Source of the DNA: Utricularia gibba
Lineage: Eukaryota > Plantae > Magnoliophyta
Assembly (NCBI GenBank): GCA_002189035.1
Contig: NEEC01000010.1
Span: 1,488,001 to 1,552,000 of the forward strand
Length of the DNA stretch: 64,000 bases
Direction of reading: 5' to 3'
The translations under genes were made by a program, and so were the position numbers. Every line of letters starts with the position of its first letter. The stretch's first letter is position 1. The notes below the pieces were generated by a model. It did not search any database. It had not been told where the DNA came from and saw nothing but the letters and a program-made list of their open reading frames with translations. This document shows, piece after piece, positions 26,901 through 37,389 of this stretch.

Positions 26901-27650
26901 TTTACAAATGTAATATATATACCATAAGTTTATTTGAATCATTAAACAATGTTTTATGTGGGGCACAAAGATTACCTCCAAAAGCTTTTGTTGAGGCCAC
27001 TTTTGAGCGATGTGTGAAGATTTTCACCAATAGTAAAATGAAGATGGATTTACTCATGAAAATGGGCCAATTATTTACTCCATATTCGTTATCTGTTTAT
27101 ATGAGATGTAATGATAAATCAACCAACTACAGAATTAAGAAATACAATGCAGAGAAAATGAGTACCACCGTGATATCTCGGAGTAAATGTTCTAGAAAAA
27201 ACAAGCATTAATATATTCTTTGTTTGATGGATTTGACATGTTCTTGTGGAAAATGGTAGCAAAAAACAATTTCATGTTCACATGCTATTCAGGTAAAAAT
27301 TGTCTTCTGATGTATTATGTTATTTGTAATATCATAATAGTTGTTAACTTTATTCATCTCCTAGGTATATAAGGAATTTAATAAAGATACTAATTCTTAT
27401 ATTTCAAAATATTATCAAGTGAAGACTTTTACTAAAATATACAAAAGACAATTTAATTCATCGATTGTTGAGAGTTGATGGAGTGCATCTCCATTTAATC
27501 TTGTTCACAATCTAGCAAAAAACGTGAATATCAAAAGTTGTGCTAGATCAACACTATTTTCAAACAGCTTAACTCATATACATTCGAAAAGAAGATCAAT
27601 AGTTGATAAATTTCAATTTTAGATATTTTCGAAAATATATTTTCGAGATT
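23950..27650 (+). mobile_element. Highly degenerate Mutator/MuDR (MULE) transposase remnant, interrupted by a hAT fragment
   Basis: FKDK..HVEKSKNKQYEINC (Mutator DBD-like) after 25712; LVIDRDAELL..YRFCMQHLFANF (MULE catalytic region, ORF 26515-26775); SWIM-like CSCGKW*..SCSHAI at ~27235-27290. Many stops. Boundaries approximate. Confidence 0.75.
24694..25711 (-). mobile_element. hAT deletion derivative with BED zinc-finger remnant
   Basis: Right end catgcccacctcta (TAGAGGTGGGCATG, hAT-like TIR), gagtca/ttgactc subterminal repeats at both ends, ORF 25113-25367 with W.DHF..K.ICKYC BED motif. Left TIR not recognisable. Confidence 0.75.
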
Positions 27651-27972
27651 TTTAGATTTTAATTCAAAAAATATTACTTATACATTTATTATATATTTTA
27701 TTGCATAATTTTTATATTTATTTAACTCATTATGTTTTAATTTGTTGGTTAATATAAATATTCTAATATAATTATATTGTAATATAATTTATTTAAATTT
27801 TTTAATATAAAATATGATTAAATATATACTTTTTTTTTAGAAAAGTATGTATTTATATGAATTTTCATGTAAAAAATAAATAAAAAATAATGATGTTGAA
27901 ATAAATTAGTACACCAGAATACAAGTAATTATCTCTCCAATAATTATTAGTTCCATGGCCCATGTCGTCGAA

Positions 27973-28150
27973 ATATTAAGAGTAATTTAAAATTTTCGTA
28001 AACAATAATAGTATTTTTAAAATTTGAAATGATTTAATAATTCATAAAAACAATATTGATAATTAATTGTTATATAATATTAGTTATGTTACAAATGTTT
28101 TTTAAAAACTTAGTTAATTTACAAATGTTGAAGTAAACTTAGTAACTTTG
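27973..28150 (+). repeat. 178-bp AT-rich direct repeat; second copy 29503-29680; the pair brackets the inverted LRR fragment
   Basis: atattaagagtaatttaaaattttcgta..cttagtaactttg present twice with only a few substitutions. Confidence 0.9.
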
Positions 28151-28177
28151 AGACATAAAATCTACTTAGCAACTACG

Positions 28178-29089
28178 TGAGAATGCGTTCGAACCCAGGA
28201 AAAAGAGACTAAGATTAGGCAACCCAGAACCAAAAGTCGATGGCAATCTGACACTAAAACTATTGGAAGTGAACTGGATACTGGTTAACGATGTGATGTT
28301 GGAGATACTCATTGGGAACCATCCCCCTAACTATTGAAACTCAAGTAGATAGATTGCAACTGACGAAGATGGCTCATCTTCTCTGGAAGTGTACCTAAGT
28401 CATGAAGTTTAAAAGTAATATTCTTTAAAATCTTTAAAATCTGTTTTACTTTTTAAAATTACTTTTAAAAAATAGAAATAAAAAATTAATTATTTTTTAA
28501 AAAATAACTTTTATAATTATAATTTTAAAAAAAATTTTCATAAAATTATTTTTACAATTAAAAATATTTTAAAAAAACTATTTTTATTTTTGAAAAATAG
28601 AAATAGGTTTTAAAAGTTTTTCAAAATTAATCTGTAAAAATAAAGAATATTTTTTTGTCCATGTTGTAAAAACGCTACCAACAGCTATATGCACACCTAC
28701 GAGTGTGTTGTAGCTGAGATCAAACATCCTCAACAAGCTCAAATTCCCGATTGTCGTAGGAATCGTCCCGTTGATGCTGTTTCCACGTAGGAGGAAATAC
28801 TCTAGGACAGGGGATGTGTCTATGTCTTGCGGTATAGAATCATGAATGTCGTTTTCAGACAGATAGAGGACCCTGAGCTGCGAACAGTTCGTAGGGATCT
28901 TCCCTTCCACCTTATTAGAAGAAAGATACAACTTCTCGATGTTCGGCATGGCGACGCAGAGGTCTTCAGGCACATAACCAGACAAACGGTTTGAACCAAG
29001 AGCTAAAACTCTCAAGTTTGATAAGTTGAAGACGGACATCGGCAGCACCCCTTCAAACCTGTTCTGCTGCAGACCAAGTTGTCTCAACT
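28178..29089 (-). pseudogene. Inverted copy of receptor segment 30850-31595 (end of exon 1, altered intron 1, start of exon 2)
   Basis: 28640-29089 encodes LRQLGLQQNRFEG..DLSYNTL; 28178-28405 is the reverse complement of exon-2 start (GT.PEE.GHLRQLQSI..LFLGSNAFS). The intron copy has a small deletion and a ~200-bp AT-rich insertion. Confidence 0.92.
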
Positions 29090-30233
29090 TGTAAATACCA
29101 TTTTAAAAGTTAGTTAGTTTACAAATATTAAACCAACTTGGTTATTATGCAAATAATTTTTACTTACATTAGGTATTTCATCAATTTTCCCTACACTCAA
29201 CTTCATATTTTAATTACCATCAAGTGTGATTTTTTTATAATAATATTTGAGAATTATCTAAAAAACCGTTAAAATAATTTAGTAATCATTTTTCAGGTAC
29301 TTTGAATTATTCAAGTGTCCAAATGAAGTGCATTCTATGATTATATAATTATAATTGAGTGTGAGTATTATTTTTGATATTATTTATTTAGTTTCATAAA
29401 ACATTATAGAATTTATTAATAACTTCAAGTATTCTACCTAAATAGGCATTATTTGTTTAGTTTATATATTTTTATTATATATCAAAAATATTTTATTTAT
29501 TTATATTAAGAGTAATTTAAAATTTTCGTACACAATAATAGTATTTTTAAAATTTGAAATGATTTAATAATTCATAAAAATAATATTGATAATTAATTGT
29601 TATATAATATTAGTTATGTTACAAATGTTTTTTAAAAACTTAGTTAATTTACAAATGTTGAAGTGAACTTAGTAACTTTGTAAAGTAAATTACACTGACA
29701 GCTATTTTATCAATTTAGCCGGTTTGTTTAAATATACCCACGGTCAATTTCTATATCCCACATTATAAGTCTTATGAATATTTTTTTCATACATTAATTT
29801 TTACAGCCGGTATTTTTTAAAAAAACCTGGATACCCACCCACTGCAAAAATTTTTTTTGCTGAATACTTGATTTTCAATATAACACCTCACCTTTTTTTT
29901 ATTTATTAAATATCCCAGTACAAAAAATAATAAAAAAATACATATGAATAATATATGAAAAATATCCCATTAAAATATGAGTTCGGATCTAACCTAGTCG
30001 AAACCATGGGTATAACCTATGATTTAAAAACACTGTTGGGGCCAAGGTTTATCATTAGAAATTTCCTCCAGCGACATGAGGCATTAAATATTGGTAGTTT
30101 TTGGACAAAGGCGCATGTAGTCCTCTTCATGATAGACAATGTCTAAATTTCGAGGGCCCACGTTGTTGGATTATGGATGCAAATAATGATGGAAAGTCGT
30201 CAAAATAGTCAACTTTGACGGCTATTTTGCCGC

Positions 30234-33200
30234 ATGGGTGAACCGCCGGCCTTCTCACCTGCGGTGATGATGATCGTGTCTGTGTTATTCGCATTGCTTC
30301 TTTTGGTTTTCATGGTTCAGGCGGTGACGTGTTCCACGCGCTCAAGATCGGACGATGCAGCGGCGCTTTTGGCGTTGAAGTCCCGAGTCCCTCTTGAGCA
30401 GCTTTCTTCGCATTTCATAGCTACGAATTGGTCGGATTCTTCCTCCGTCTGTGACTGGATAGGCGTTGCTTGTAGTCCACGTCATGGAAGAGTTTCTGCT
30501 CTGTCTCTTCCCGACACGGGGTTGCATGGAAGCCTGCCTCCGGAGCTCGGGAACCTCACCTTTCTCGTCTCCTTGAACCTGGCGCACAACAGCTTCCACG
30601 GCGAACTGCCAGAAAACTGGTCTCGACTAAGGAGGCTGAAGTTCCTGATCCTTTCCAACAACTTGTTAACGGGACAAATCCCCTACTGGCTCGGCTACTT
30701 GCCTCAGCTCCGACAACTTCATCTCCGGAACAACACGTTCAACGGTCTGATTCCGAGCACTATCACCAACGTCTCGAAGCTCGAATTACTCGAATTATCG
30801 AACAATCACATCCAGGGAGGAATCCCGCAGGAGATAGGGAACTTGCAGGAGTTGAGACAACTTGGTCTGCAGCAGAACAGGTTTGAAGGGGAGCTGCCGA
30901 TGTCCGTCTTCAACTTATCAAACTTGAGAGTTTTAGCTCTTGGTTCAAACCGTTTGTCTGGTTATGTGCCTGAAGACCTCTGCGTCGCCATGCCGAACAT
31001 CGAGAAGTTGTATCTTTCTTCTAATAAGCTGGAAGGGAAGATCCCTACGAACTGTTCGCAGCTCAGGGTCCTCTATCTTTCTGAAAACAACATTCATGAT
31101 TCTATACCGCAAGACATAGACACATCCCCTGTCCTAGAGTATTTCCTCCTACGTGGAAACAGCATCAACGGAACGATTCCTACGACAATTGGGAATTTGA
31201 GCTTGTTGAAAATGCTTGATCTCAGCTACAACACACTCACAGGTGTGCATGATAGCTGTCGGTAGCGTTTTTACAGCACAGTCAAAAAAATATTCTTTAT
31301 TTTTACAGAGGAATCTTAAACTTCATGACTTACTTAGGTTGAATGTTCGCACTCCTTCCCTCCCTCATGATATTCAGGTACAGTTCCAGAGGAGATAGGC
31401 CATCTTCGTCAGTTGCAATCTATCGACTTGAGTTTCAATAGGTTAGTGGGATGGTTCCCAATGAGTATCTCCAACATCACATCGTTAACCAGTATCCAGT
31501 TCACTTCCAATAGTTTTAGTGGCAGATTGCCATCGACTTTTGGTTCTGGGTTGCCTAATCTTAGTCTACTTTTCCTGGGTTCGAACGCGTTCTCAGGTGA
31601 GATCCCAAGATACATTTCGAACTGCTCTCTACTCTTATATATCGACATGGGCAACAACAGCTTCAGTGGCATTGTCCCTGATGAACTCGGGGAGCTGAGG
31701 CTGCTAAAAAACTTAACGTTAGGTGCAAACTGTTTGGTGAGTGGATCATCAGAGCTGAACTTCATCGATTCCCTGTCCAAGTGCAGAGACCTAGCCCTCT
31801 TGGACTTGCGGAGCAACCCTTTTGCTGGCACAATTCCGAACTCTGTTGGGAATCTCTCAAGCAATCTAGAGCAATTTCAGTGTGCTCTGTGTCGTCTTCG
31901 CGGAGCTATTCCAGAGGAGCTTGGAAATCTTACCAACTTGAGGGTGTTGGATCTTCAATTCAATCAGTTATCCGGATCGATTCCAAGTACACTAGGAAAT
32001 TTACGTAAGGTTGAAGGATTATATCTTAATCTGAACTCCCTTAGTGGAGCGATTCCAGGGGCACTCTGTTCTCTAGAAGCGTGTTTTGAAATGTACCTTC
32101 ATCAAAACCAGCTCCGCGGCTCTATCCCTACATGCTTTGGAAACCTTAAAGCTTTGAGGAAGCTCTGGATCAGCAGGAATTGTTTGGAATCAAGCATTCC
32201 TGAAAGCCTATGGGAGCTTCATGATGTACTCGAGTTAAATTTGTCAGCAAATCTCTTGAGTGGTCCTCTTTCTACCCACATTGGGAACCTTAAACAGACA
32301 TACCTGTTTGATCTCTCAAACAATCAGTTGTCTGGTAGCATTCCCAACTCAGTGGGAGATATGCAGCAGTTGCTGACTCTTGCCCTGTCCTACAATAGAA
32401 TTGAAGGATCAATCCCAAAAGCAATGGGAGACATTCCAATCCTGAAGATTTTAGATCTGTCACATAATGATCTTTTCGGTAGCATCCCATTGGAGTTGCA
32501 GAACCTTAGCAGTTTGCTTTACTTTGATGTTTCGTTCAACAATCTAAGTGGCCGGATCCCTTCCAGCGGTCCTTTCTCCCATTTCACCAGTGCATCTTTT
32601 ACAGAAAATCCGAGGCTTTGTGGTGATTCTCAGTTTGGAGTTCATCCTTGCAAAAAGGGTCCTCCTTTATTCTTGAAAAGAGTTATAATTCCCTATGCAG
32701 CGGGGCTCTTGGCATTCATCATCCTTCTGGTGGCGGTCTATTTACTTGCGAGCAGAATTTCAGTGAAGCGTGGTGCAACAACTGAGCAAGGACCTGACTT
32801 GGGCAAAATGGCGAATCCAGCTTCTTACTACGAACTTATTAAAGCAACCGACCACTGGAGTGACAGAAATTTTCTGGGCAGAGGAGGATTCGGCACGGTC
32901 TACAAAGCCGAACTCGGAAATGGTGTTTTTGCTGTTAAAGTGTTCAATGTGGAAACTCAAGGCGCTTCCAAGAGATTTGAGGTGGAATGCAAGATATTGA
33001 ATAACCTTCGTCATAGAAACCTCTGCAGGATTTTCAGCGTCTGCTCAAATATGGAGCTCAAGGCGTTGATCATGGAGTACATGAGCAATGGCGACCTCAA
33101 CCAGTGGCTACACTCTGAAACCCGTTCCATGACCGCCAGGCAAAGGCTTGCCGTGATGATCGACGTTGCGTCTGCGTTGGAATATCTCCACCACGGCTAC

Positions 33201-33766
33201 TCAACTCCGATCGCCCACCTGGATCTGAAGCCCAGCAACATCCTCATAGACGATCAAATGGTCGGCCACTTGAGTGACTTCGGAATCGCCAAGCTATTCA
33301 ACGATGCGTCTTGCTCCTCTCATACCCAGACCTTATCGACATTGGGTTATATTGCGCCAGGTCAGACGCCGCTCACCAATCAAATGCTTCTTTTGAGGTG
33401 CTTCATTCTCATAAAAATGCTTCTTGATGTGCAGAATACGCGTCTGATGGGCTGATCACTCCACTGTGCGACGTGTACAGCTACGGCATTGTGCTGATGG
33501 AAGTGTTCACTGCGGTGAAGCCAGACAGCACTAAGTTTGAGGGGGATTCGTGTATGGTCAACTGGGTGAAAAGGCACTATCTTCAGGCGGTAGGAAGCAT
33601 AGTTGATCCGAGGTTTTTGGACATCAGAAAGATGACGAGTTTGCAGCTGGGCTGCTTTTCATCCATTTTTGATGTAGCTTTGAAATGCTCAGCGAACAAT
33701 CCGAAGGAGAGGATGAGCATGACCGACGTGGTGGCTGCCCTGAAAAGCATTCAAAGAAGTCTTTGA
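30234..33766 (+). CDS. LRR receptor-like kinase, LRR-XII (EFR/FLS2/Xa21/At3g47570-like), non-RD; exons 30234-31242, 31378-33360, 33435-33766, about 1107 aa
   Basis: Signal peptide, NWS..SVCDWIGVAC LRRNT, many LxxLxLxxNxLxGxIP repeats, TM (VIIPYAAGLLAFIILLVAVYLL), kinase GRGGFG, AVK, HRNL, HLDLKPSNIL (non-RD), DFG, GYIAP/EY. All three exons join in frame at GT-AG sites. Confidence 0.95.
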
Positions 33767-33769
33767 AAC

Positions 33770-33997
33770 TAGTGCTGCAAACGAGTCCAGTCGAGCAGAG
33801 CTTTCCTGAAACCTCGAGTTCATCCAACCCAGAAAAATTTGGCTCGAGCTCGAGCCAGCTCGAAATTTTTTATAAAAATACTAAGCTCAAGTTCGGTTTG
33901 ACAGCTAGCTTGAGCTTGATATTGGCTCAGCTCGAGCTCGATCAAGCCAAGCTGTAGTCGAGTCGAGTTGAGTCGGGTCAACTCGTTTGCAGCCCTA
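33770..33997. mobile_element. hAT-type MITE (228 bp) 3 bp after the receptor stop codon
   Basis: 17-bp TIRs tagtgctgcaaacgagt / actcgtttgcagcccta (1 mismatch); 8-bp TSD tttgaaac / cttgaaac; internal ctcgag/agctc repeats. Confidence 0.9.
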
Positions 33998-35051
33998 CTT
34001 GAAACTCTTGTACATTTTGTATTTATGTGTATATACGATTGTTGTGATCAATACATGTAAAGTCAAAACATCAATTTTGGTGTTTTAAGGAAAAATCAAG
34101 AACATTCAACACATTAAATAAATTGATTTCGAAACGATATTATGAATCAAACATAATTATATATATATAAATCAAGGTCATTTTAAAAAATGATTATTGA
34201 ATCTTTATCTATTACACATTAAAAATAATTTTTATATATATTAACGATCATTTTTCTCAAACACTCAAAAAATAATTGTCATTTTGTAATACATTCCATA
34301 AATCTTATAGAAAATAAAAAAATGGAGTTTACTTTCAAATTTCAAAAAATCTCTCAAAAAACTTGTGTGCACTATAAATTCTGAAATCCCATTAAAATGC
34401 ATCACATTTCAAATCAAAAAAAGTCACCTATAAATAAATAAATTATTATGAATTTAAACAGATAGATTGATTGTTATATAAAATCATGCAAATATATCTA
34501 ATATTACTATATTCAAAAGATTGTACTCTGATACACCTATTTACTCATAAGATATTTGAGCATATATATAATACATTTTTTATATGAGCAGACGTCGCAG
34601 CGGACGGAGAGGTCGACGATGTCAACGGTTTTTGTTTGGTATTTATATTATGAACTAGTTTTGCCAAAAATCAAAACATTGGGAAATATTTTTGTCAAAA
34701 ATATTGAAATACATGTAATGTCAAATTAATTTAGGGATCAAATATGTAAATTATTTAATTAATAGAAACTATTTATACCTAAATTATAAATAGTTGAGAT
34801 TGAATATGTGTATAATTGAAATTAAATATTGGATGAGATTGAACAAATATACATGAAATTTAAATATATAAAAATATATATGTTATATCAAAAAAATTAA
34901 ATTTAATTGATTATTAATAATGTATAATTTATTATATATTTAATTATTTTATTTTCGATTGTTTTGTTATTATAGAGTCGTTTAATTTAAACTAATGTGA
35001 ACGATAGTTGCAGTAGATGCGTTGGATTCAAACAGGAGACCTAATAGCAAG

Positions 35052-36473
35052 CTAGCTGATAGCTAGAATTACATCCTCGATGAACTTGGACATGTTCAAG
35101 CACGACGAGCCGTTCTCTTCTACTGCTCCGATCGCCATTTTCCGGAGCTCTGCAGCTCGCCGTCGTCGCGCGATGGCCTCCAAGCTTTCGGGATGCATCA
35201 GCTCTCGAATCGCCTTTTCGATTTGATCACTTTTAATGACATTCCCAGGGTAATACATGCTTAGTTGTTTCGCTCCTAATCTCACCCCGATCCCCAGCAC
35301 ATCGACGGCGTACTTTTCGTTGTAGAATTGCTCCGCGAACATCGGCCATGTGATCATGGGTAGCCCGGCGGAGATGTCCTCCAGGGTCGAATTCCAGCCG
35401 CAGTGCGTGATGAAGCCTCCGACGGAAGGATGTTGAAGGATCGTGAACTGTGGCACCCAGCCCTTGATGATGAGACCTCTGTCTTTGGTCCTGAGTTCCA
35501 ATCCCTCGTCTTTGAACCACTTTTCTACACTTTCTGAGCATTGGCTCTTTCTGATGACCCAGATGAAGGGATAGCCTGATGATTCCAGGCCTAACCCGAT
35601 TTCCTTCATCTGCTCGTAACTGATTTCAGAAAGACTACCGAAACAGGCGTAGATGACTGATGCCTGTTTCTGGGAATCCAGCCATTTTAGACATGGGTGT
35701 TCTTGGATGGAATCGCTGTTGCAGAGTGGAACCGGCCCGATGGGGTACACTTTCCCATGATGCCTTTTGAATTCTTCCACGTACCAGGGCTCCAGCTCCT
35801 GGAAAGTGTTCACCAGAAAGCCCCGAGTTGAAACCCGAGCTTGATTGATTTTATCCAACATCTTGGAACCGGAAGCCGGATCCTTTTTGGGCAGTTTCGG
35901 CAACTGGGCACGTGTGAATTCAATCCGATGAGGGATATTCGGAATCAGAAACGTATCTGAATCTAAAACCGTCGTGTCCTGAACTCTCGACTCCTGGAGT
36001 ATGCCTGAGCACGAGATGGTGAAGCACGACACCGTTTCGAAGACATAATTCGGGATATTGAACTTGTCTGCCACAGCCTGCGTCCAGCAAACTGCCGTCG
36101 TCGAAACTATGCAGTTGGGCTTCGGCTCAAGCTGCTGAAACAGGGCTTCCACAGGCTCCCGGAGCTTTTCAAACGCCATGAAAAATTTCCCAGCGAGTGC
36201 CATGGTACCCAGGCAATCCAAATTCTCGCAGCCCTCCGGCAGCCCGGCCTCCGCACCGGGGAAGTCTACGACGAGTGTCCGGATTCTGAGGTTCTGCGCT
36301 CTCGCCCGATCAATCAACTGTTGGCTTCTGGCAGCATTGAGAGGAGTTGAAAGAACGGAAACCAGCACGCCCCTCCTTGCAAGAAGCACTGAGAAATCTA
36401 TGAGAGGAATGATGTGGCTTTGGGACAATAAGGGAACCATGAGAAAGTGAAGATCTTGAGGCTCAATCGCCAT
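35052..36473 (-). CDS. UGT73: UDP-glycosyltransferase, UGT73 family (intronless, 473 aa)
   Basis: MAIEPQDLHFLMVPLLSQSHIIP (catalytic His), CFGS, PSPG box WVPQFTILQHPSVGGFITHCGWNSTLEDISAGLPMITWPMFAEQFYNE. Subfamily not resolved. Confidence 0.93.
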   Translation of the reverse strand: MAIEPQDLHFLMVPLLSQSHIIPLIDFSVLLARRGVLVSVLSTPLNAARSQQLIDRARAQNLRIRTLVVDFPGAEAGLPEGCENLDCLGTMALAGKFFMAFEKLREPVEALFQQLEPKPNCIVSTTAVCWTQAVADKFNIPNYVFETVSCFTISCSGILQESRVQDTTVLDSDTFLIPNIPHRIEFTRAQLPKLPKKDPASGSKMLDKINQARVSTRGFLVNTFQELEPWYVEEFKRHHGKVYPIGPVPLCNSDSIQEHPCLKWLDSQKQASVIYACFGSLSEISYEQMKEIGLGLESSGYPFIWVIRKSQCSESVEKWFKDEGLELRTKDRGLIIKGWVPQFTILQHPSVGGFITHCGWNSTLEDISAGLPMITWPMFAEQFYNEKYAVDVLGIGVRLGAKQLSMYYPGNVIKSDQIEKAIRELMHPESLEAIARRRRAAELRKMAIGAVEENGSSCLNMSKFIEDVILAIS

Positions 36474-36654
36474 GGCTGAAACAGAAGAAAGAGATGAGTT
36501 CGATTTGTGTACAAGTAGAAACTTGAAGTCATTTATAGGATAAAGACATCCCACAAAACGAAACCAAAAGTCAAATCTTTACACAATACCTTAAAAATTG
36601 TTTCATTTTCTCCCTCCCCTTGAATTTCAATGTCCTACACTACTACCAGATGTA

Positions 36655-36970
36655 GAACTGGTCATCACTCGATTTTTTGTCTGCTACGAAGATCCATTGA
36701 GCATCACACAAACAGATAAAAAAGAAACTGGTCACTATTGTAAGATCATAATTTGTCGATGGGGTTCTCAGCAGTTGATTTTTTTGTCTGCCACGAAGAT
36801 CCATTGAGCATCACACAAATATATATAAGTGGAACTGGTCACTTTTGTAATTAGAATTATTTTTGTCTGCTACGAAGATTCATTGAGCATCACACAAATA
36901 AATAAAAAAATGTAACTGATCACTCTCGTGACATCAGAATCGTGTCGGTGGGGTTCTCAGCAGTTGATTT
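36655..36970. repeat. Three imperfect tandem copies of a ~80-105-bp unit in the UGT73 upstream region
   Basis: Core tttttgtctgctacgaagatccattgagcatcacacaaa at ~36674, ~36781, ~36860, each followed by aactg(g/a)tcac; tggggttctcagcagttgattt occurs twice (~36760, ~36949). Confidence 0.9.
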
Positions 36971-37389
36971 CTGTGTGCCAGGGGAAGGCACTCAGCAAAA
37001 AGTCAACCCAACCGAATGGCCGCCGTTTTGTCGGTGGCGGTGGCGGTGGCGTCAACGGTCTGTATTTCATTGGAACCGGAGCTATGTCAACGTTGTAATA
37101 TAATGTACTAAATTTATTAATGTTCTGCATTTGGTGATCTGACATGACTAATGAGACATTTGTAATATAATGTAAGAAATTTTAATTCATTATGTGATAT
37201 AGATTCTATGATCAATTTTGTAAATGATTATATAATTTAATTATATTGAATGTTTGATAAAAGTGATCATCCATAATATAAAATTTTTAACTCACTATAT
37301 GAAAAAAATTGTACAAGTGGCCATTTTCTAAATGAACCCCTTTCATGTTATGAACACAGCAGTCGGCTCCATGATTTTATTCATCAGAC

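Noticed and set aside
29755-29770. snRNA upstream sequence element (atcccacatt + tata)
   Set aside because: It lacks the RTCCCACATCG consensus and spacing, and no snRNA body follows.
36655-36970. CRISPR-like repeat-spacer array
   Set aside because: Plant nuclear context, only three imperfect units, spacers related to each other, no cas genes.
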